DNA of 64,000 nucleotides from Macrostomum lignano (Eukaryota), in NCBI GenBank assembly GCA_002269645.1, contig NIVC01000730.1, forward strand, positions 62,001-126,000. The letters are read 5' to 3'. The stretch's first letter is position 1. Each line of letters starts with the position of its first letter. Under the pieces are notes generated by a model, which saw only the letters and a list, made by a program, of their open reading frames with translations, did no database searches and had not been told where the DNA came from. This document shows positions 23,216 through 34,200 of this stretch, in pieces. The position numbers and the translations under genes are program-made.

Positions 23216-25638
23216 ATGCGCTTTTTAATCCTGGTTCTAGCGGCATCTGTCGCTCTGCTGTTGTGCCAACTCAGTGGAGCAGCTATCGCTAAAGATGGAG
23301 ACCTTTTTCAATTGATTGACAGAGAAAAGGAGCGAGAGAATGTGTCGGTAAGTATGCAGTAATTCATATGTTAAAATAATCCTTTTAATTTCGTAGATTC
23401 ATTTGTACCGGTATGCTCACCTGTTACAATAGAAACAGCACATGTACATGTAGGGGTACCTAATGCAAGCAGACCTGCTAGACAGGCAAACTTGTTGACC
23501 CAATTAGCTGTTAGACAGTGATGTGTGCCCAGAATTTATATTTAAAAGAAGCGCATTTTTCAAACATAAAAGAAGCGCCATGATAAATACAAGTATTAAA
23601 AATGCGTCATGTCAAATATTGAAGCTTCATGTCTAACAAGAAGCGTCATGTCAAACATAAGACTCACGCGGGTGAATTGCTGAGACGTCCAGGGAGGATT
23701 GGTGAAATTATGCTGTGGCTTTCAGCAGGATTTGGTTTAGAGCACGGTTTGGGTTCAACCATAAAAAATTTCCCTATCAAATATAAAAAAATCATTTCGG
23801 AATTGCTGACATATCAAGACTCAGGGCGGAAACCAGGCACTTCCAACTGTCAGACTGGCGCCCAGCCACCTGCTTGACAGATAAACAGGCTCCGAACACT
23901 TGGATGTTTGTTCAAGTCGGCACTGTCAATTTTCAGAAAGGCATGCAAGCAGCCGAGCTGCTACTCAAGCTCATTCGCAGCAACGAGTTCCACGCCGTCC
24001 TGGACTTCATCGGCACAGTCGGCGGCCCGGTTGCTGGCACTGTCACTGGAGTACTCAAGCTCATTATTGGTGGCGGCAACGGCGGCTCCTCGGACTCTGA
24101 GGATCTCAAATTCGCCCGACAGGCGTTTGCTGAGATCAATAGCAAGTGGGTGACGATGCACAACTTAGGATGAAAAAATATCCATGGATCATTTAGTGTC
24201 GCCCTTTTTAGTATACTCGTATCTTTTATTTCTTTATGGGTCTTCTTATGGGTCAGTCGGTTTCGGACAAAGTCACTTGGTCATCTTCTGAGGAGTCCTT
24301 TGTCGGTTGCAAAGTAGTGGTTTAGTCCGGAAAGGGGGCAAGCTATTTGGTTGGGAGACACCATTGCATTTGAGTGGCTGAAGCTGTTTTTTAGTCGACG
24401 TCGTAATATATCATTTTAGATGTCCGTGAGGGTCGATATCATTTGGTATTTCTTTGGTCCTTTAGTAACTCAGCAATTCTCCTGGTTTCTTCAGAGTCCT
24501 TGATAGTTCTTTTGTATCTTTCAAAGTCTTTTCGTCTTCCCTGTGGTTTTTCGACTTTCTACAGGGGCTTTCGTTTTCCTTGAGTTTACCTGGCACGTCC
24601 CGTTCTTTTGGTGTTCTAACGAATTCAAATTCCTCGCAATGCACAAGAGTTCTCCAAAGAGTTTGTTTGGTCTTAGTCTCTAGAAGATTCAAAATCAATC
24701 CGTTAATTAATTCCTTCAGACTTGAATCATTCACTAACGAGTTTCGCGAGGTCAAGGAGCTTATCGACTGGAGTGCAATCCAGGTTAGCTACGGCACTTA
24801 CGAGCGATCTATCCGAGCGATGAAGACTCAACTGCAGCTGCTGATCGAAGCGCCAAGTTCTTCCACCGAAGACTTGAGAAAACAGTTCGTCATGAAGTAC
24901 GAGTCCGACTTCCAGAATGCGGCCGAGAAAATCTACGACGGCATCGTAAACGGCGACATGATCTTCACCAGGAACTTGCTGGAGGCCTCGGCTAAGTACA
25001 CGTCGAATCACAGAAAGCAGGTGAGTTCAATGCCGAATAAGAAACTGGGGGTCTCGGTGATTCTAGCCGATTGATTCAAAACGATATCAATTGTAGTTGC
25101 TGGTTTGATCCTGAGCTGAAAATCGAGCCCCATTCCGGTGCTTCAAGTTGTCATCAACTTTCGTTTGTGGTAGTTTGGCAATGTTTTGCATAACCTCAAT
25201 ATTCTCGCAGGTGCAAATGTTCGGTCTCGGTCTCACCCAGCTGCTACTCCAAGCCGTGGAAATTCAGATGGCCTACTACGATTTAAAGTACTCCAACCAG
25301 GAAACCACCGACTACATCAAGCGAGTTTGGGACAATCGCCTCATGGCTGTGAAGGCTAAGATGAGCGACTTTGACGATACACTCGTGTCCCGCTGGGTCA
25401 CTCAGGTTCCAATTGACGCGGAGCGATTAGTTCAGGACTTCAAGAACATGCCGAACAATGAGTTGGCTCTAAAGCTGCACACCAGACTCACTGAGAAGTT
25501 CTACTGGCGAGTGTTTGGCATCGCGGTCTACAAGGACATCTCGGGGGCCGACAAGCACGCCTACTCTTACTGCCAGGGATACAAAAAGCTCGCCTACGCG
25601 GGCAAGAATGTCGTCCTCTCGTCCGTTGGTGCGTTGTT

Positions 25639-25696
<58 letters not shown>

Positions 25697-25814
25697 GACT
25701 GAAAACTAACTAACTTACTGACTGACTAACTAACTAACTAACTGACTGAAAACTAACTAACTTACTGACTGACTAACTAACTAACTGACTGAAAACTAAC
25801 TAACTTACTGACTG

Positions 25815-25897
<83 letters not shown>

Positions 25898-26191
25898 GAC
25901 TGACTAACTCTCCCAACAGACAAGGAGAAGTCCAGCTTTGACAAGCTCCGCGCCAACGAACTGTTGAAGTCGCTGAAGCCTACAGAGAAGGATGCGAGTC
26001 ACATCCTGGCGCTGCTAAATCGAGCGGACGGCGACCTGACTGGCACCTGCCGGCACAGCCAAATGAAACTCGTCACCGTGGAGAACTCGGCTCTGCAATT
26101 GGCCATTTTCAACAGCCACGCCGTCATGGAAAAAATCTGTGTGTCCTCCTTCTGGGGCACCACTTGCTACAATTCGCTGATCTTTGGCTGA
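23216..26191 (+). CDS. Secreted rapunzel / SE-cephalotoxin-like protein (putative alpha-helical pore-forming toxin fold), ~443 aa; exons 23216-23347, 23937(or 23889)-24145, 24720-25020, 25211-25628, 25920-26191
   Basis: Signal peptide MRFLILVLAASVALLLCQLSGAAIA. All five exons splice in frame (phases 0,2,0,1). A Gly-rich hydrophobic hairpin LDFIGTVGGPVAGTVTGVLKLIIGG is followed by DSEDLKFARQAFAEINSKLESF...IDW, and later FYWRVFGIAVYKDISG. The gene structure is solid; the family name is from recalled motifs. Confidence 0.8.
25641..25908. repeat. (CTAA)n/(CTGA)n microsatellite filling intron 4 of the rapunzel-like gene
   Basis: Seen directly; it occupies about 270 of the 291 intron bases. Confidence 0.97.
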
Positions 26192-26478
26192 ACGGCCCAA
26201 ATAAATTGCATAAAATAACAGTCAATTCACGGTCTTATCAAGTCATCCTTTTAAAATCCGGATTATAAAATGATTTAAGGAGTAGGAAAATAGCATCTAG
26301 CTACTGCTAAGGATTTTTATTGGCTAACTACTTGTAAGTGCAGACAAAACTACCAATGAAAGGAGTTGAGTCGCTTGTGGAAGTATGCATAAATATTGAG
26401 CCTAAACTGCATAAATCCTTGCTGCCAAGTCGAAAATCTGACCGTAAAACGCTATAATCGATTGCTGGATAAAAAAAA

Positions 26479-28091
26479 AGTAAGTAACATAATAAAGTAT
26501 TTTGTAATTTGAAATTGGTAGAAATCTAAATAACAATAACGTAACAGTCCAAAATATCGTCCAGAAGTGGACTGAGAAGTTTATCAAGCTAATGTCAGTA
26601 GAAATGCCACCAGGGATCAGAAAGCAAACTGTATTTTTTGAGAAATTTCAGTTGACAAATGATCACATTTTTCTATAGATATTATTCTACGAGTATATCT
26701 AGTGTTGTCCATGGTATCGCGTTAATTTGAAATCCGTTTAAAAATATCTAGTGTTGTCCATGGTATCGCGTCAATTTGAAATCCGTTTAAAAATATCTAG
26801 TGTTGTCCATGGATCGCGTCAATTTGAAATCCGTTTAAAAATATCTAGTGTTGTCCATGGATCGCGTCAATTTGAAATCCGTTTAAAAATATCTAGTGTT
26901 GTCCATGGTATCGCGTCAATTTGAAATCCGTTTAAAAATATCTAGTGTTGTCCATGGATCGCGTCAATTTGAAATCCGTTTAAAAATATCTAGTGTTGTC
27001 CATGGATCGCGTCAATTTGAAATCCGTTTAAAAATATCTAGTGTTGTCCATGGTATCGCGTCAATTTGAAAACCGTTTAAACAGCACACCTGTATTTTGC
27101 ATCATTCGAAAATCTTTAATACCGTTTATGTGAACATTGTCACGAGAAACTTGTCAATAAATTTTGGATCAAACACAGGCACACTGCTTCGAATAGAAGT
27201 CCACAGGGCAAGATGAAGAATAGAATAACACATTCTCGACAGTGCATCTTTTGGCGAATACTGACCTCCAGAGTTAGTATTTGCAGTTTGAATCGGTGCC
27301 AGAATTTAGAGATTTTGACAAATCCTTCAACAGTGCGTCTGAACGGCCTGCTGACCACAACGCTCTGCCTGGCTCTGACAGCGGTTGTCTCCAAAGCCGC
27401 AGTTAAAGAGCTTGGATTTACACTGAGATACGTCCGCATGTGCCTGAGACCGGAATTCATCCGAGACCTGCAGGCTCCCGAGAGCTGGTCGGCCATCTCG
27501 TGCGCAACCGCCTGCGCAGAGCTAGGCACCAGCTGCCAGGGATTCCAGCTGACAGCCGGCGACAGGTGTCGGGCTTTCGTGTTCGACAGGTGCAGCCACA
27601 TGGTCAGCACCGACTGCAGCGACTTCGCCTGGGCCTTCGTTCGCAACCAGCCGGGCCTGCCGGGTGGCCAGCTGTGCCCCGACGGCTTCGGCAGCCGGTA
27701 CTTCGGCTCCACCTACAAGCTGGTGAGCGCCGCCAGCTGGACTGCCGGTCGCACAGCCTGCGGGGCGCTGCCCGGACTCACCAAATACGCCGACGCCATC
27801 GATCGCAACGAGACCGCCCACTTCATCTGGATGAAGAACAGCTCGTACTCTTACGCCAGCTTCTTCGCCGGCGGATGGCGTCCTGGCGATGCTTCCAGCG
27901 ATCCCTGGGTCTGGGAGGCCTGCAACATCGGCTGCTTTGCCGACATGTGGGAGCCGGGCCAGTTCACCACTGCCGCTGATCAAAAATACCTGGTCATGTG
28001 GACGAGCCGCCACTATGGCTTTGATGACTCAGCGCATGTCACTGGGGGCGTTTCGCAGGCCCTCTGCGAGTGCATCGATCCGTTCAAATGA
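26479..28091 (+). CDS. Secreted PAN/apple + C-type lectin domain protein, ~252 aa; main exon 27334-28091, with the A of the ATG probably supplied by nt 26479
   Basis: Signal-like RLNGLLTTTLCLALTAVVSKA; PAN-type SAISCATAC-x5-CQGF-x7-C; CTLD hallmarks CPDGF, W..GRTAC, FFAGG, WVW, WEPGQ, FDD, LCE. The acceptor ccttcaacag|TG plus the donor aaaaaaaaA|GTAAGT rebuild ATG. The domain call is firmer than the 5' end. Confidence 0.8.
26695..27080. repeat. 48/49-bp tandem repeat (8 copies) in the predicted first intron of the lectin gene
   Basis: Unit AAAAATATCTAGTGTTGTCCATGG(T)ATCGCGTCAATTTGAAATCCGTTT; periods measured as 49,49,48,48,49,48,48. Confidence 0.96.
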
Positions 28092-28543
28092 GCGACAGTG
28101 ACGAACCGTCAAATATGCTGCAGAGTCACTTGCAAAATGTAGTGCTTGGGCAAAGACATCGTCAAAAAGTTGGAGAAAATTTTCAGATCTTTTCAGTTTT
28201 AATCAAGACAATTTTTAGATATGCAATATAAGAAACCCTAGATGAGTTTCTGATGTTTCTACTCATATCTTTAACAGGTGTCGGCAAACCCTGGTCCTCG
28301 GGTCACATGCAGCCCGCAAAGCCGCTCTAACTAACAAACTAGCCACCGTTCTTTAAAACTTCACAATAGCTACCCGGCTCACTCAGGGTTTGTGTCTCTA
28401 CTCAGCTCTCTTCTCTTTTTCTCCTCTGCCCTCCTCTCCACTCTTCTCTTCCCTCCTCTTCCCTTTCCCTTCCTCTCATATCTTCTTTCCTCTCTTTTCT
28501 TGCCTCCTCTCTCTGGCCCAAAGTCACACGCTTGACTTTAATT

Positions 28544-28585
28544 AGTCAAGTCAAGTCAAGTCAAGTCAAGTCAAGTCAAGTCAAG
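28544..28585 (-). repeat. (CTTGA)8 pentanucleotide run, possibly the 3' tail of a CR1/L2-type LINE
   Basis: The minus strand reads taataagCTTGACTTGAC..., like AATAAA(CTTGA)n LINE tails; no RT ORF is visible. Confidence 0.45.
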
Positions 28586-29555
28586 CTTATTAAGATACTC
28601 GTACATTTATCAATTCTAATGATAGTAAACATCACTATTATTAACAATTGCTGGAATCCTGTTGTAACGAAATCGTTCTACAAACAGCTCTGAAACAATT
28701 TGGCCCACTCTAGTGAGTCCTGGCTCCTGAGTACATACAAGTCTACAAAGTACTTTACGCAGACACGCACTCATACACACGCGCTCACACATGGTGCACA
28801 GCGGCCCTGACTGTCTAATAGTCAGGCATGTACACTCTCAGGCTTCGGGGGTTGTCATCCGGCACAATTTCGTCCAAAAGCCGCAAGTGAAATGCAGCTC
28901 GTAACGCGAAAGTCAGACCTCGAAAATTCAGTCAGTGAGAGATTGTTAGTTTAAAACATGGAATACTTTTCAAGAGTTTGCGACTGTTGCATGTCCTGCT
29001 ACTCTCTTAATTAATTTGTCCATAAGCCAACTGATGGAGAAACCATAAGAATAGTTGAGATTTCGGCATGAATCTTGCCAAAAGAGAACTTTGGCGTCTG
29101 ACGTTTGACGTCAGAGTTTTCCAACGACATTTCCAACCTGCTGAAAAACGTTTTTCACTAATTAGTGACGAAGCGTACTAAAGTTTTTATTATTTCGCCA
29201 TCGCGGTAATGCAGTTCTCCTTTCCTTTTAGAACCATTAGGGAGCTAATTAGCTATGCTAGAAAAATGGCTTAGGCTTAGAGCTGTTGCCGTGGCACCTC
29301 AATCCTTCGTGATGAGATTTGCGTACCTGTACAGCATTGGCGCGCTGGCATAGTGCTCAGGAGTCAGAGAAATCGGCAGAGGTTGCTTCAGAGCTGGTTG
29401 TGAGAGCATTGTCGCCCAATAATGTTATTTAACATTACATCAAATGGCTTCTATCTTAGAAAACAATGGCATTTTGCGCGTGTCTATAAACCACACGTTG
29501 AAGTGATAGTAGGGGAGGACTGTAGGCTTTCTTGAAAGCTGCTATGATTTCGTTC

Positions 29556-30795
<1,240 letters not shown>

Positions 30796-31297
30796 CAGAT
30801 CGTTTGTATACAAAGACAAATACTTTGGATTGGGAAATGGATCTTTAAAAAAATTTCCCGGAACGCGTTTGAATTTCGTAGAATATCCAAAGTGTAGCTC
30901 CGAGAGCTTGTATTTTTCATCGTCGCATCGTCGAAAGAAATTTCTAGAGTGCCAATTAGAGGCGAAACCTCCTACCTTGCATTATAAAGTACCTGCCAGC
31001 TGACGGAGGCTTGGGAAGACTTGAGTACAATTCATGGCCAAAGTGAGCTCCCGTAAAAGGCAATTACCTAAAGCTGCACCTACGGAGCTCACTGTCAAAG
31101 CCAATGTTACCAACGCAAACAATGGCACATGGGATGTATAATTATAGACTCTCATTTCATCTTAAGACAATAAGAAACTAATTAGCCATGCTTAGAAAAC
31201 GTGGCTTAGAGCCGTTTTTTCTAAGAACGTAGAAGCAGAAAATTTTGCGCTTTAACTACGAGACCAAAAATTGCATTACACAAACGGAAAGTGCCAT

Positions 31298-34200
31298 ATG
31301 GAATTGGTGGACGCGCAAAGCAAGCGTACATTGGAGGGTGGAAACCGTCAGCCCGAAACCAGCGCGTCGCTGTCAGTGCTGCGTCAATCAATATTTCTAT
31401 TTCTTCTTCTACTGCGACTGAAATCCTGGCGGTTTGCCTTAATGATCTTGGTGCTTGTTCCTCTGCTAGCAAATTTGTACATACCTCAGCTGCTGCCCGA
31501 CGAGAAGAGGCAGGTGTACAGCCTAAACGGACTAAAAGGGTGCAGCAGTCGCAGATTTGTCTGGTTGAGGCGTCAGGTTCTTGCAGGAAATTCTGACTAT
31601 CAAAAAGACTTCTACCAGGGACTCACAACACTGAATCCGCAACCGTTTGGTAGAAGAATGAAGAAAACGCTTTTTGTCGACTGCAACGCAAAATCCGAAT
31701 GCGACGAAATATTTTTAAGCCAAGCAGCTCAACGCACTCGCTTTTACATCCGTTTCAATGAATCTGCTGACAGGCCAACTCACGTGATTTGCGAGAAGCA
31801 CGACGATTCTGTTTTGAAGTGCGCCTTTCTGTACCAGATGGTCGCACAATATTTGTCCAGTCGCCTTGTACCAGAGGAAATATTTAAAAAGGTTCACCTT
31901 TTCCACTTGTCCACTGATTCGCAAATCGGCGATAGACGGCGCCACTCCAGACTGTATTGGAAGCAACGGAGGCAGAAATTGCGCGAAACTCCATGCTTCA
32001 ATAGCACTTTGCATAAGAAGTTCATCGGCAATTTGGACACCGTGGTACTACTGTCCCTAATCCTGGTAACTGTTAGTGTAGCCGTGTACTTTCTCGTGGC
32101 CACCGTGCACTGCATCCGGATACTCAAGTCCAACGGCTTCCTGCAGTGTCTGTTTCGTAGTGGTCTGTCGGTGGGGAGCTACTGGACTATCGTGTGGCTG
32201 CTCACACTGCTCGAGTGCCTGCTGTTTGCTATTCTCTACGCTCAGTCCTTTTACTGGACCTGTGCGAAAGAGTTTTATGCCGCCTACCTGCGAAATATAT
32301 TTTTCTGCTTCTTTTTTTACCTGCTGAGTATAGCGTCAGGCGTACTGCTGCTGGAACTTCTTATGCCGACACTTCTTACCACTGCCATGTCAGTAATCCT
32401 GGCTTGCATCGCCACTTTCCTGTACTTTCTATTCGAAATAAAGATTTTTGAGCTCATTCCCGTCATTCAGTTTCTGGTGCCGCCGCTACGAACAAAAAGT
32501 TGACACCGCTGAATCTGGATCTATCAGTTACAGAACCATCAATAATTTGGACGATGCTCACGAGGAACCTAAAAGTTTGATTCTAATTCCTATTGTGCTA
32601 ACGCCAATTGTGACTGGCTTTGCAACTATCTACCTGGACTTTATGCTGCGCGGTGGTAACGGCCTCCACCTGCCGTACTATTTCCTTTTTCATCCTAAAT
32701 TCTGGTGGCCACAGAGAAGCGGCAGAGAGGCGGCAGTATACGCGGACTTCTTCAACAAGGACAGCCGGCCGCATATCGAGCCGGTGCTGAGCTCGCTGCC
32801 TTTCGTTGCTGTTAACGGAATCTGCGTAAGCTGCGATAATCTGCGATCCCTAAATACTAAAGCGGTCGGTTTTCGGCATAACAGGACCTATACAAAGTAT
32901 TTGGCTCCAAATGAAGGGACTGGCCTAGAGAAATTGAGCTAAATTTTGACTCTTAAGTTTACATCCTTTTCAAGATCCAGTCGAGCTACATGAGCTGAGG
33001 GTTGTTTCTCAAATTTTGACATAGCTTAACGCCTATCTTCCGCAGCAGTGTAGCAACAACATAGAAAGTATTCATGCCAACTCAGAAAGTTGTAACTAAA
33101 TCAGGGCTAGAACACGATGGTTGATACCCCGGAGCTTAGTGTGTAGTACAGAGTAAATACGATAAAATGGTACAGATTTTATCTCCTTATTTACTGCTAA
33201 ACATTCATTTGGGGATTGTTTACGAAGAAAGATTGGGAATTGTCGTGCGATTCATAGACAATGAAGACTGTATTAGCTGAGGCAGAGGCAGTATTTATGT
33301 GCGGCCAACTGACAACTTCGAGCATACTCAAAATCTCAGCGAAACGGGTCATGTTTTATTGCGTCATTGCGCCATTACGTCAACAGATAAAATTATTACG
33401 CTAATTTTAACTCCTAGGCAACTTTTTCAAAGACGAAATCGCATCAGTTGTCGGACACAGCGCAGCTGGTAAATCGACTGCTAAAATTGCTAGCAGGAAT
33501 TGACTCTCCCCAGCTGGGCTCCATCTACTTTGACGGCTTTGAGTTGACCAACGCTATTGAGCGCCTGTTGCTACGCGGCAAAATTGGTTTCTGTTCTCGA
33601 AGCGACATCGCCTGCAGGGCTCTGACGGTAATGCAGTGCATTGAGGCCCTGCTAATTAGCAGGGGGCTCATCGAGGCTAACAAAAAGGTTCGCAGTTCGC
33701 TGCGCCTTTTTCATTTGGAAGGCTTGAAAAATTTCGTTTCAACAGAACTCAACAGAGCCCAGAGTAGAAAACTCAGTACTATAATAGCCTTGCTAAGCGG
33801 CTCCAGTGTGGTTTGTCTCGATGAGTCAACAACTGGCATGGATCCGGCATCAAGGCGCCAGGTGTGGCGGGTTCTGCACGAGGCCAAGGCCGGTCGCTCC
33901 ATAATTTTCATTACAATATTCCTGGAGGAGGCTGACTTTCTGTCAGACCGAATTTTATTTCTCAATGAAGGCGAAATTTTGATTGCCGGCTCGTCCATGT
34001 TCCTGCGAAAGACTCTGGGCTCCAGTTTTTTACTGACTGCGTCATTCAAATCGCAATATAAAGGCAATCTACAGGAGGGGCGACTTAATGACGCCAATTT
34101 AAGGACGAGCCTTCGAAGCGAAACATCGCTAGACATTTTCCCTTCCTGTCTTAAAGAGATATGCGATGCGGCAAACATACTCGCAGATCAGGAATGGAAT

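Noticed and set aside
16530-27080. 33-bp and 48/49-bp arrays as CRISPR arrays
   Set aside because: Units are contiguous with no unique spacers, there are no cas genes, and the context is eukaryotic.
27213-27333. ATG at 27213 as the lectin start
   Set aside because: It would put 40 non-signal residues before the signal peptide, and the region ends in a good acceptor. It is disfavoured, not excluded.
28275-28330. hAT/Charlie-like 5' end CAGGTGTCGGCAAAC
   Set aside because: No matching 3' TIR or TSD was found, so at most it is a truncated relic.
33469-33493. 25-nt GTAAAT...CTAG micro-intron that would restore the ABCA frame
   Set aside because: It would delete GKST of Walker A and the homologous LKLL helix, and it is shorter than typical minimal spliceosomal introns.
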